A DNA stretch of 64,000 nucleotides from Squalus acanthias (lineage: Eukaryota), in contig CM059433.1 of the NCBI GenBank assembly GCA_030390025.1, positions 2,480,001 to 2,544,000 of the forward strand, read 5' to 3'. Positions 45,230 through 58,500 of this stretch are shown here, in pieces. Each line of letters opens with the position of its first letter. The first letter of the stretch is position 1. The translations under genes were made by a program, and so were the position numbers. Below the pieces are notes generated by a model, which worked only from the letters and a program-made list of their open reading frames with translations, made no database searches and was not told where the DNA came from.

Positions 45230-46859
45230 TTGGAGATGCACGCCTCCATATTCTGAACACTGGCATTCATTGAGCTCGCAAAACCTGTCAAAGCCTCCTG
45301 GACTTGTTCCTGCAGCTCCAGGATCGCCCTCTTTCTGGATGGCCCCCAAGGTTCAGTATCTGCATGCAGCTGAGCAGAACTGGGAGCGTCCTGCACCCTC
45401 CGGTGAGGAGTCTCCACTGCTGTCCCTGTCTCCACCATCTGCTCTTTCTTACTTGTGAAGTGTGAGACACCAGGTGACAACACTACTCTATCTCGCGTGG
45501 GACCCACCCAGGTGTGTGTCTCCGCGCTGGTGCTGGGTGCGCTTATGCCTGGTGACGGTGCGCCCTCAGAGGCTGGAGGCTCCTCTGAGGAGTCGTCTTC
45601 CTCTCCCTCCTGGACAGTGCGGCGGGGGGCGGGGGGGTGCGCCAGGGGGGCGGCTCTTGATGGACCTGTGGGAGAGTTAAGAGATGAGTTCAATATGTCT
45701 TATGAAGAATGGGTTCAGATACCAGTATGCACATGATGACCATTCACTGGCTGCTGACATCAGTTCCCATATGGGTGACTGATGTATGCCATGTAGCTGT
45801 ATGATATGTAATTCTGTCACCAGGATGCTGATATGTCCCCCTCTCTCCGTCCCCCACCTCCAGCTGCTCGGCAACTCCCACCAGCTGTAACGCAGCCTCC
45901 TCTGCTGTGGTCAGGGTTGCCTTTGATGCCGTTCCACCGCCAGTTCTCTCCCTCTCCCTCTTATTGTGGGCTCTCTTTTCCTGCAAGGAAGGAAAGAAGA
46001 GAAGGTTGAGTGAGAGTGATGGAATGAGTGTAAGGAATGGATGGGTTAGATCTGTAGAGGGTGACTATGATGAAGTGGGTTAGCAATTCCAAGTGGCCTC
46101 CTGTGTGTTGTTAGTTGGTATGATTGCACTAGGATGAGGGTGAGTGTGAGGGGTGGCTAGTGAGATGGGGATGTGACAATGTAGACAAAGAGAGAGAGGG
46201 ATGGGTAGACGTGCAAGGTATGTTGGTGTGAGTAAGGATTTGCAGGAGTAGGGTAGGGAAGGCAGAGTAATGGGGATGTGATGAGAGGCGCAGCAGGATG
46301 AAGGTGAGTGTGGCTTTGTACTCAGATTTCCTGATCTAACAAGATCATTGAAGCATTTGCGGCACTGCACCCAGGTCCTCCTGACAACATCTCTGCTATT
46401 CACCTCCTCTGCTATTTGGAGCCAGGCCCCTTTGCTCTGCTGGGGAGGTCTCTTCCTCCCATCAGCAGGGAAGTGGACCGCCCTGTTTGCTCTGACTCCC
46501 TCCACAAGCATAAGGAGGGAGTCATGGGAGAACCTGGGTGCAGCCCTCTGCCTCTGTGCAGTCATCTCTGGTGGTGTGTGCAGCAGTGGGATAGTGAAGT
46601 GCACTCACTGCACACTCCTAGATGAGCCTTCAAATGCAATGTGGCCATGGCTCCTTTAAATATCCCAGCTGAAAACGTGTCATCGATGACGTCACCAGAC
46701 CTGCACCTTTTAATTAGGCTGGGCAATACGCAGGGCGGGCGTAATAGGCCCTATTAACGTAAAGTCGTTCTGTGGAGCGGGATGGAGCCAGCAATGGGGT
46801 CGCGACCCGCCATGGCCACCGCCCACACAGGATCCGCCCAGGTAGGGAAAATCCCGGCC
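45230..46859 (-). mobile_element. Harbinger element end with Myb/SANT-like gene remnant
   Basis: PRFSHDSLLMLVEGV...W.QIAEEVN..RRTWVQCRKCFNDL; next exon EKRAHNKRERERTGGG; TIR-like GGCCGGGATTTTCCC. Confidence 0.75.
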
Positions 46860-46924
46860 TTTGTGTCAAACAGAAAATGACATTTGCGACGGTCGGTGCT
46901 TTTGCAGGGGTATTCAAACTTACT

Positions 46925-47052
46925 ACTTCACCACACGGACTGCAGCGGTTCAAGGAGGCGGCTCACCACCACCTTCTGAAGGGAAATTAGGGGTGGGCAA
47001 TAAATGCTGGCTTTGCCAACGACGCAAACATCCCATGAACGAATAAAAAAAA
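46925..47052 (+). mobile_element. LINE 3' tail fragment (family of 61823-63340)
   Basis: cacacggactgcagcggttcaag...aataaatgctggc with A tail. Confidence 0.7.
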
Positions 47053-48339
47053 GTCCCATCATTCCACATTTATCAAAATGAGTAAACAAAATCGGAATGT
47101 GATGGACTTTCTAACGAAAGGTAAACATTAGTCACTTGCAGGGCTGGTTATTTATATATTTATATAGGCCATGCTGCCATTTTCTGATCTTTAAAATGCT
47201 TTGACAGACTTATTGACATTTAAAAAAATTTATTTGTGCTGTTGAATAATTATAATATAACTGAAATTATATTTCCATATATCTTTTCAGCCTGATGTTG
47301 TGTAACAAACCTACGGCCACTATATCATAGGACTGTAACGTTGTTAATGACCTTCATTTAGGAAAACAATTTATAATTTCAAAATCTCGAGTAAGATATA
47401 TTTATGTTTGAATTGGTATAAATCAAGGCACTTTCCACATGAATATATTAATGATGCGAGCACTCAGAAGATAAGAGAGTCCCCAGAGTGTCAGAAGATT
47501 CCAGTCACTGTACGACTGCTTTAGACAGCGGTGAAGTGACTCGATGCTGCAGACTGATTTGTTTTTATGTTAAATGGCACTGGACACGCTGCACAGACAG
47601 GAAAAAGAACACACTGGACACAGAAATTATTGAGAAAAGGCAAACCAAACAACCATGGCAGTTTTCACAGGTCGGCAAGTAAGTTTTCATATTTCAAATT
47701 ATGTAGAATGAAAGTTTGTATCGTGCCACAATGTTACTTTTTATATTAAAACAAATTTTATATTTGGGAAACAACTGAATGATTTCTGTACATCAAGTAA
47801 GATGAAGTAATAATTATTCTCACTGCTTTATCAGGAGTGAGATGGTGATAGAATGAATTGTTTGAATTGAATACATTTTAATGGTAAGAATTTGATAAGG
47901 ATTTTGAAAAAAGTATTATCGAAAGACTGAACGGGGTAGAAATGTATTAGTGGTACTAGGCTGGCATGAGTGGGGCCAGGTTGGCCCCTCACTTGGTCCT
48001 CTGTGCCCCCGATTTTCACTCAGAAAACAGGCACAAGGATGTCCCACTTCGACCCCAATATTTCTTAATGATCCTGCAATCAATGTCAAATTAATCTACA
48101 GTACATATGTTTGACATTTGCGTATCGTGAACGCTTTGACATTTTTATTGTAAATGAATTAACAAATTCTGCTCCTTCAGGATTAGGAGGTTGAAGGTGC
48201 ACCGACAGTAATTACTAGCCTGCTAAATTTCATCATCCTTTTGTTTGCTTTGAATGTGGTGAGACAGAAATAAAATGAGGCATTTGTGTGTGAGACTGAT
48301 AGCTCAGGCCATGGATTAGAGTTCCGAGGGCTGCCCTAG

Positions 48340-49850
48340 CTCTGTAACCTCCTTCAGCCCTACAAGCCTTCGACTTCTCTGCGCTCCTCCAATTCTGGCC
48401 TCTTGCACATCCTCGATTTTAATCGCTCCACCATTGGCGGCCGTACCTTCAGCTGCCTAGTTCCAAAGCTCTGGAATCCCCTCCCTAAACCTCTCTGCCT
48501 CGCTACTCCTCTCTCCTCCCGTCGTCCAGCTGGGTGGGACTGCACTCGCCTGGTTCCATTCTTATCTATCTAATCATAGCCAGAGAATCACTTGCAATGG
48601 CTTCTCTTCCCACTTCTGCATCATTGCCTCTGGTGTCCCCCAAGGATCTATCCTTGGCCCCCTCCTATTTCTCATCGACAGGCTGCCCCTCGGCGACATC
48701 ATCCAAAAACACAGCGTCAGTTTCCACATGTACACCCAGCCCTACCTCACCACCACTTCTCTCGACCCCTCCACGGTCTCTAAATTGTCAGACCGTTTGT
48801 CCGACATACAGTTCTGGATGAGCAGAAATGTTCTCCAATTAAATATTGGGAAGACTGAAGCCATTGTCTTCAGTCCCTGCCACAAACTCCGTTCCCTAGC
48901 CACCGACTCCATCCCTCTCCCTGGCATCTGTCTGAGGCTGAACCAGACTGTTCGCAACCTTGGTGTCATATTTGACTCTGAAATGAGCTTCTGACCACAT
49001 ATCCGCAGCATAACAAAGACTGCCTATTTCCACCTCCGTAACATCGCCCGTCTCCACCCCTGCCTCAGCTCATCTGCTGCTGAAACCCTCATCCATGCTT
49101 TTGTTACCTCCAGACTTGACTATTCCAATGCACTCCTGGCTGGCCTCCTACATTCCACCCTACATAAACTTGAGGTCATCCAAAACTCGGCTGCCCGTGT
49201 CCTAACTCGCACCAAGTCCTGTTCGCCCATCACCCCTGTGCTCGCTGACCTACATTGGCTCCCAGTTAAGCAACGTCTCGAGTTTAAAATTCTCATCCTT
49301 GTTTTTAAATCCCTCCATGGCCTCGCCCCTCCCTATCTCTGTAATCTCCTCCAGCCCCACAACCTCCCCGAGATATCTGCGCTCCTCAAATTCTGCCCTC
49401 TTGAGCATCCCTGATTATAATCGCTCAAGCATTGGTGGCCGTGCCTTCTGTTGCCTGGGCCCTAAGCTCTGGAATTCCCTGCCTAAACCTCTCCGCCTCG
49501 CTACCTCTCTTTCCTCCTTTAAGACGCTCCTTAAAACCTACCTCTTTGACCAAGCTTTTGGTCACCTGCCCTAATATCTCTTTATGTGGATCGGTGTCAA
49601 TTTTTTTTTGTCTTATAATATTCCTGTGAAGCGCCTTGGGACGTTTTACTATGTTGAAGGCGCTATATAAATACAAGTTGTTGTTGTTTAAGACGCTCCT
49701 TAAAACCCACTTCTTTGACCGAGCTTTTGGTCGGCTATTCTAATATCTCCTTAAGCGGCTGGGTGTCAAATCTTGTTTGGTTATCGCTCCTGTGAAGCGC
49801 CTTGGGACGTTTCACTACGTTAAAGGTGCTGTATAAATGTTGTTGTTATT
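48340..49850 (+). mobile_element. L2-type LINE fragments (RT C-terminus and duplicated 3' ends)
   Basis: GVPQGS-like region, LQLNIGKTEAI, RNLGVIFD, (tgt)n tails at about 49680 and 49840. Confidence 0.8.
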
Positions 49851-52800
49851 GTCACTCAAACCTCTCTTTCAGTTCAGTTTTGTCCATTTTCATAAATGCC
49901 ACCAGGCACTGTGCTGCCCAACAGTGAGACCCTTCACCCAGGAGAGTGACGGCAGAGCGGGTCGCACCTCAGCCACCTGATGTCAGTCAATTATTCAGCA
50001 GTATTAATAACGGTTGTTGTGGGGATACTCTTAATCTGCTTCCAGCCAAAGAATGCACGACAGAGAAAGTGGGGAGGAGACAATGTAAACACCAAGGGAA
50101 AGAGGCACATTCTGTCCCCCATTACTTACAGCTAGCGCTCCTTCGCAATTTAATAGCACAGGCCGCTGTTTCTTGACAGCACAAGAGGAATTGCAGAGAG
50201 CGACAAACTGCTCTGCAATTGAAGGCTAAGTGACTGTTCAATCTGTTGCACTTATCACTTGCAAAGGATTCATTAATGGGATATATAAATTGGTACAATG
50301 TTTACTGTGTGTACAGAATAACAAATGGCTGGCAGTAAGTTACAAAGAAGCAGTAATTCAATTGAGCATAAATCACAAGTGCTGAGCGTTTTATGAATGT
50401 CAGAATGTGCACAAGACTGAATTGCTGCGTTAAACTGGCTGCTAGATATTGGTTGTTATTTATAATATGGTGCTTGTAGTTTCTAACAAAACGCTTTAGA
50501 CTTTTCATGTTGTAAAATGTGGTGCAATAATTAATGCAAAAAGTGCCATGTTGGAGGTAAACTGTTAAAGACAGTGGTGGGTAAACATCATCACTTGACT
50601 GATGCTTCAAGACTTTTGCATCATTGGGAAATGAGCTGCAGATTATCGACACGTTGCTCAGACCATGAGATCATAGCCATTGGTAATGATTTCCACAGAA
50701 ATGTTCACGTGCCATATATAGGCATCACCATATCTTGAACTTGTAAACTACCACGGTATTTTAAAAAGAGAGTTGGGGCTAAGTCGGATAGCCCCTGAAA
50801 ATGGGCGCAGGGATTGTGATGCACGATTAACCTGAGCCCGTGCGATGTGATGCAGGCAGCATGGCATCTTCGTGCTGACTGCTCATTAGAATTAGTTCTG
50901 CACGCAGCCAGCGCTAGCCGCACTGATCATTAACTGCACGCATCAGCAGGGGGCCCAAAACTCATACTTGCTAGCACTACTTAAAGCTAGCCTGCACCTC
51001 TTAAAGGAGGTGCTAACATCAGTCCAAATAGTGCTGTGCAACAAAGGACAATGGCTGACCATGGGAGAGATAGGGCACCAAGGTTTTCCGACGCAGCACT
51101 GGAGGTCTTGGTGGAGGAGGTGGAAAGGAGGTGAGATGTCCTGTATCCTCAGGGGGCCAGGAGGCCCTCCAGACACACTGTCAGAAGGCAATGGGAGCAG
51201 ATAGTCGTGGTGGTCAATACCAGGAGTCAAGCCCTAAGGACCTGGATGCAGTGCTGCAAGAATTTAATGACCTCACACACGGTAAGTGAATGCATCTTCA
51301 AATGCCATAACCTACCAACTGCACCACTAGCCTCAGCCACTGCTCAATGTACCACACCTCCATCACTCACCTACCAACAATCTCTATCAATCAGGACTCA
51401 TACCTCACATTTGTAGCTTCACCTCACCCTCACACACTTAGCACTGCTGCAAGCCTCACACCCACATCTCACAGGTTGCACACACTGCCAGCTATTCAAC
51501 CATCAGCCAAACAGATTGCAGCACACTCACTGACACAGTTCCCTCTCTCTTGCAGGAGAAGGTGGTGCACAACCGGAGGCAGCAGGAGCTAACCGGGTTG
51601 GGGGACCGGCGTGCTTGCATCTCCTAACCCCCATGGAGGAGACGGTGCTGGCTATTATTGGAATGGCCATTGCTGAGGCCGTGGCAAGCAGCTGGGCTAA
51701 ATCCATTGAAGATGATGTATCCTCATACCTAATCCTCCTTCTCACATCCCACTTCCCCCCACAAGCTCTTCTGACTTACAAGCTGCAGATGGTATAAGCA
51801 TACACTTCTTACTTTGCCCCTCCCCTCAGCACAACCTTACCCTTGTGCTTTTTTCCTTTCAGATACCCAAGAACTGCAACCTGGCCAGGCTGTGGAGAAA
51901 GACCAAGAAGAGAGTGATGATGAAGACACACCATCACTTGATTTCACATTCGCAGCCACCAGCTCAGATGCTGACATTGCGTGTATCTTAGAGGATAGCA
52001 CAGAGGTGGGATCAGCATGTAGTGAGCACAAGTGCACTGCAGCCAGGGCAGGGGGCAAGGATAGCGCAGATGTCAGCTCACTGAAGGGCGAGGTCAGACA
52101 CCAGTTCTGCTGCAGAGGACTCAAGTGAGGACTTCGATGGGTTAGGCTACAGAAGAAGGCTGATGGCTATGCACAATGAAATGCTTGGTGCATTGGGAAG
52201 CCTGCCAGAAAGCCTGCGCTCAATGTCTAGGAGCATGGAGGAGTCCAGCACTAACTTGGCACAGGCCTTTGCTCAGAGCTTGGAGCCCATGATTTCCAGC
52301 ATGGAAGTGATGGCCAACTCCATTAGAGCACTTGTGGACCCAACCATGATGCAGTGTCTGATGGCCAATGTCTCAGCTTCCATTGCAGCACAAGCAGAAG
52401 CCACCCAACGTCTGAGGCCTGCAGTGGAAGCTCAGATTTGCAGCTCTCATGCAGGCTCAGACTGCTGCCAACATGGCTGGGTTTACGAGTGTGGAAAGGG
52501 GCTTGCAGGGTCTCACAGCAGTCCAGCAATCTGTCCTCCAACAGATGGCTAGGAATGCTGAGGCACTGCCCTGGGGAAGTGGCAGTGGCTCCATGGAGCA
52601 CGAGCCTGCTGTCCTCTCTCAGGATGACAGCATTCGTGCTCCCATCTCTGCCACTCCACCAGTGCCCTTGCTGTTGTCTGTCAGCCAGTCAGCTAGCCCA
52701 GGCCGAGGTGGAGCAGTCCGCAGCCGGGCCTCCTAGGCCCAGAGCTGCTCGAGGTCGTCCTCCAAGGCCATCTAGAGTCTCCTCCACTGAAAGTCAGCAG

Positions 52801-53129
52801 CCTTGCACCAGCCATGCTGCAGCCACTGGGGTAGCACTGCATAGGAGCACTAGGACAGGCAAAGGCACACAGAAGACCGGCACTAAGGGAATGCATCAGG
52901 ATTAGGTTAAGTTTGTGTGAAATATGGCATGCTTTGATTTATAAACTTGGTTTGGAATTTTTTTTTGTTGTTTTTGATTTTTGCATTGTGGCCAAGAGGA
53001 TGATGTGATGGTCAGTAAGAGAGGGAAGATAAGGAGTGTGGGACTGTTGGTGAATGGGGAATTGGGGTTGAGGCTACTGGTATTGTACTTGAATTAATTC
53101 TTCACGTACAGCCCGGGCAGAGAGAATTT

Positions 53130-54375
53130 GTTAAGGGAAGGTCGTGTCTGACTAACTTGATTGATTTTTTTGAGGAGGTAACAAGGACAGTTGATGAGGG
53201 TAGTGTATTTGATGTAATCTACATGGATTTTAGCAAGGCATGGCGAATTGGTGAGAAAAGTAAAAGCTCATGGGATCCAAGGGAAAGTGGCAAATTGGAT
53301 CCAAAATTGGTTCAGTTGCAGGAAACAAAGGGTAATGGTTGACGGGTGTTTTTGTGACTGGAAGGCTGTTACCAGTGGGGTTCCGCAGGGCTCAGTACTA
53401 GGACCCTTGCTTTTTGTGGTATATATCAATGATTTGGACTTCAATGGAGGGGCATGATTAAGAAGTTTGCAGATGATACAAAAATTGGCCGATAGTGAGG
53501 CAGAAAGCTGTAGACTACAGGAAGATATCAATGGACTGGTCAGGTGGGCAGAAAAGTGGCAAATGGAATTCAATCCGGAGAAGTGTGAAGTAATGCATTT
53601 GGGGAGGGCAAACAAGGCAAGGGAATACACAATAAATGGTGAATACTGAGTGGAGAAACAGAGGGACCTTGGAGTGCATGTCTACAGATCCATGAAGGTA
53701 GCAGGACGGGTAGATAAGGCGATTACGAAGGCATATGGGATACTTACCTTTATTAGCCAAGACATAGAATATAAGAGCAGAGAGGCTATGCTTGAACTGT
53801 ATAAAACATTAGTTAGGCCACAGCTAGAGTACTGCGTACAGTTCTGGTCACCACATTACAGGAAAGATGTGATTTTACTAGAGAGGGTGCAGAGGAGATT
53901 TACGAGGATGTTGCCAGGACTGGAGAATTTTAGCTATGAGGAAAGATTGGATAGGCTGCGGTTGTTTTCTTTGGAACAGAGGAGGGTGAGGGGAGACTTA
54001 ATTGAGGTGTATAAAATTATGAGGAGCCTAGATAGAGTGGATAGGAAGGACCTATTTCCCTTAGCAGAGAGGTCAATAACGAGGGGGCAGAGATTTAAAG
54101 TAATTGGTAGAAGGATTCGAGGGGAGTTGAGGAGAAATATTTTTCACCCATGGTGTGGTGGGAATCTGGAACTCACTGCCTGAAAGGGTGGTAGAGGCAG
54201 AAACCCTCATCACATTTAAAAAGTACTTGGATATGCACTTGAAGTGTTGTAACCTGCAGGGCTACGGACCAAGAGCTGGAAAGTGGGATTAGGCTGGATA
54301 GCTCTTTTTCGGCCGGCACAGACATGATGGGTCGAATGGCCTCCTTCTGTGCTGTAAAGTTCTACGATTCTATGA
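53130..54375 (+). mobile_element. CR1 3' fragment inserted in the Harbinger
   Basis: [29 protein letters not shown]. Confidence 0.9.
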
Positions 54376-54379
54376 AAGG

Positions 54380-55526
54380 GGTTGTCTAGGTTGCTGCCTC
54401 CCTCTTCCTGCTCTTCCACCTCCTCCTTTTCCACATCCTTCTCTTCCTGCTACTCTTTCTCCTCCTCGTGCTCCTGCTGCTCAGCTTCTCGCCTGATAGG
54501 TGGTGGCAAGGGCTGTTCCCTCATGATGGTCAGGTTGTGCAGCATGCTGCATACCACCACAAACCCTGAGATCCGCTCAGCCGAGTACTGCAGGGCTCCT
54601 CCGGAGCGGTCCAGGCAGCGGAATCGTTGCTACAGCACGCCAATGATCTGCTCTATCACATTTCTTGTGGCAGCATGACTCTTATTGTATGAATGCTGCG
54701 CACATGTGCGGGGGTTGCGAACTGGAGTCATCAGCTGTGTCACCAGCAGATTGCTCTTGTCGCCCAGTAGCCACCCTTTGGTTTAACGTGTGCCTGAAAT
54801 ACAGCTGGCACAGTGGACTGCCGCAGAATGAAGGCATCGTGACTGCTGCCAGGATACCGGGCACTGACCTGCATGATTCACTGCCTGTGGTCACACACCA
54901 GCTGCACGTTGAGGGAGTGGAATCCCTTTCGGATCCGGTACATGGCAGAGTTGATGTGCTGTGCCCGCAAAGCAATGTGCATGCAGTCGTTGGCACCCTG
55001 CACCATGGGGAAGCCTGCATGCCTTGCACACCCGCGTGCTCACTCCCCCTGCTTGTCTCTGGCAAGAGGGAATGAAATAAAGATGTCTATCTTTGAATAG
55101 AGAGCCTCCGTAATCTCCCTTATGCAGCAGCGTACTGCAAACTACGAGATGTTGTTAATATCTCAAGCACCAACCTGGAAGGAGCCAGATGCATAAAAGT
55201 TCATCGCCACGGTCACCTTCACAGCCACTGGGCAATGCGGTCCTCGCCCTGCTCTCAGGTTGGAGTTGTGGCTTCAGTAGGTGGCAGATTTCAGTGACGA
55301 CCTCCTTAGTGAAGCGCAGACGTCTCACACACTGTTCCTTGCTGAGGTTCAGGTAGGAGAATTGCTCCCTGAATACCCTGGGTGGATATGGCCTCCTGCT
55401 GAGAGCCCTCCTCCTCCTCCTGCCTCTTCTAGCTACTTGTCCTGCTCTGCGTGGCCTCTGCTCATTCTCCCAGTCATGCTCGATTCTAAGAGGAAAGCCT
55501 ACTACGGCACCCATGTCTGGGGGCAA
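54380..55526 (-). pseudogene. Harbinger (HARBI1-like) DDE transposase pseudogene
   Basis: Transposase N-terminus in the 55155-55526 ORF; frameshifted downstream segments. Confidence 0.75.
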
Positions 55527-58500
55527 CTCGTTTGTGCAGAAGCCTTGAAGTGAGGAGAAAGTCCTTCAGCATCTGTCAGACCACTCCGAGTAGACTTTTG
55601 AAACTTGAAACAACTCGGGAAAGCACCAAAAACATGAAGAATTGTAGCAACAGCAAGAAGAAATCAACCAGCAACTAACCTGTAAATAGTTGATGATCCC
55701 TTTAAATGTGGGGGGGTGGGGGGGTCCTTCATGCTGTTTAGCATGTGTTCAGTTGTGTGAGGTTAAGAGAGGGCGTTGGTTGGAGCGTAGAGCTCCAAAA
55801 TGGCAGCGCTTAGCTTCAAATCAATGTTACACACTGATTGACATCATGATCTGTCCGCTCTGCATACTTCCGGTGGACGTTAACTGCACATGCACTAACA
55901 CCTTTACCAATATGGTGTCTGGCGCATTTGCATCAGAAGTGTGCGCGAGCACTACGGATGCCATTTTGGATACCTAACAGCACTCATAGCGCCCAAGAAT
56001 CAAGCGTTACCAAGCTCAATTTCTCGCCCAATAGGTGGTGCGAAACCTGCCAATATTCCAAAGAGCTGCCTTAGTGACCTCAAAATGAGTTACACCGTTG
56101 TTGTACCTTTAAAAAAAAGTTTTATGGACACCACCCCGGGAGGTATTAAAACCACTTTAAATGGCTCTTATACTTTTACCATCCCCATAACATTCAGAAC
56201 ACTCCAGTCTGCGATAGTTTAGTCAGATCTATTCCATAATAATTGGCTTAATGCCATTTTGGTTAATGTAGATTAAGCTATTAAAACTCGGTTAATTTGT
56301 TTGTGCGGATCTATTTTTAGTGTTGTGTTACTATTAGTAGCAACATACCGCAATATGTGGTAACATCACCAGAATGATTTCAGCAACAATTGTTTGGGAT
56401 GTGTCCGCCTTAGATTTCAAGCAATAGGATTTCAAAAAGCCTAATGATATTTTCTGGAAGAAGGTGATAAATGCTTCAGATAACCACAGCTGTAAAGTAC
56501 CTTCCCCCAATAACGCATCAAGTGATGGACACAAATATTCTTTTATTTGTTCCTAGGTTTTGCACGTACTTTAACAACAGGACAATTTCTTAATTTGAAA
56601 TGTAAAGACAATGGGGCCTGAAAGGCTTGGCTGTTCCGATGCACCCCTGCTGTAAGCAGGACCAGGCCAGGACCCAGCCTTCCCCGTTAGTTTCAGCGGG
56701 ATGTTGTTTGGGGCGGACCTTCCTCAAGCGGGGTCGCCAGTGTCGGCGGTGAGTGTGGTGGGGAAGGGGCGGAGCGGCAGGCATAGCCACGGGAGAGGGA
56801 TTTGTTACCGCCGGGTTTGCAGTGCTGCCCGAGACCAATTTCACCCCCTATGTCCCTACAGCGAGGAAGATTGCGCCCCACGTTAGGCAAGCAAACCCTG
56901 CTCATGTGGATTTCTCAGTCCCACCATTTTACAGTGATGGGTTTCTGTGCACACGACAGTGCTGACAGAAACATCACATAAAATGCTTCACATACAGTGA
57001 ATGTTGTTCTGGAGGCAAACGCGACTCCCATTTTGTGCACAACAAGATCTCTCAAACTGCAGTGAGATGATTTCATCGACGCTTTAAGCCAACGTCAGTG
57101 GATGAAAAGTCCCTGGATCTCTGCAGCTGAATTCCTGGTGTGTGAACTCCCAACGCATGAAGCGCCATGAAAGTAGCACAGATTCATAAAATCTACCGTC
57201 AAATTTATCACTTGCTGTTGAGAAAATAGATTCCTCTAGGATGTATTTGGACAATCTAGAAGTAATTTCTCAACCTTTAGGAGCAAGAGTAGGCCATTTA
57301 CTCCATCAAGCCTACTCCACTATTATTTTAGTTACGGCAGGTTGTAGGAACAGTGCCCTAAAACTCCGACTACATCTATTCTTAGCTATCACGTGCCCGT
57401 GTATCCAACTTGAACTTTAAGTTGTGATTTTTTAACCGGTAACCTGTCTTATAATGCGTGGCCAGTTGTCTGAAGCCTTCTTGGATAATTTGGCAAGAAA
57501 GTGTTAATTCATTCACTCAGTAGCTTGTGGGCATCCTAATGGAGAGTTGCAATAAAAGTTAAATTTAATCGGAACTGGTTAATGTAAAGGCAGTTTGGCG
57601 AGCTGACTCAAGCATCACTCACACCTTGACCCATGCTGGTAGGTAAACCCCAGACGGTTCCTGGTGAGGGCGTTAAGGAATCATCTGGTTCCTCGGCATA
57701 TATTTGTCAGGATACCGAAACCCAGCCCTCTTCTCTTTTTTAAATTCTAATTGCCTGGCTTTTATCCAAGGGATAAATGTAAGAACTTAGAGCTCCCTCC
57801 ATAGAGCTTCTCAGGAAGGAGTGCATTTTGGGGATTCAGGCACAGAGGTCCGATTCCCAGCCCTCACAATTTTCCTTAAAGTTAATGCTCTGTATCAGCA
57901 GCGCTAGATCATAAAATCTACCCACCATGGTAATAAAATTGACCCTATATCCATTAATACTCTTATTTGCCAAGTAAGTGTCTATCTCCCTCTTTAAACA
58001 TTTCACTTGATTTTCCATCTGTGGTCTTTTGGGGCATTGCTTTCCACATTCTCACAATCTTGCATGTGAATTTTTTCCTTAGATTTGTTTTTAATTGGCT
58101 AAGTTCAAATGCTGAGATTATATTCCGTTGCTCTGGATTCCGTATCTAACTTTCCAATTTGCTTCATTATTTTAAACAGCTCAATCAGTTTGCGTCTTAA
58201 CCTCATCACTTCCAAGCCGAGCTGACCCAGTTTCCACAGCAGAACTCAGTCCCTTCGAGCCAATCATCAGCCCGATGAATGGTCACTGGGCTTTCCCCAA
58301 GGGCAGCACGCTCTTCCCAAGGCACCACATTCCTACCATCAGCTGACAATGATTCGCTCTTCCAGAAGAAGTTCTGCTGCTGAGAATTTCAGACAAGATG
58401 TCGTTTTACTGCCCACCTTGCAGCACGTGGCAAATGATGCTTGGGGAATAAAACACATTTCATGACAATATTCTTCTGGTCCACATTTTCTGACAAGTGT

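Larger units (their letters stand above)
50775..56029. mobile_element. Near-complete degenerate Harbinger transposon: Myb/SANT gene (+, about 51050-52905) convergent with transposase (-, about 54380-55526)
   Basis: RTWMQCCK Myb-like motif; RRPYPPRVFREQFSYLNLSKEQCVRRLRF transposase N-terminus; TIR match poor. Confidence 0.75.

Noticed and set aside
54380..55526. Host HARBI1 gene
   Set aside because: Frameshifted, paired with a Myb/SANT partner, and flanked by a CR1 insertion, so it is a decayed transposon
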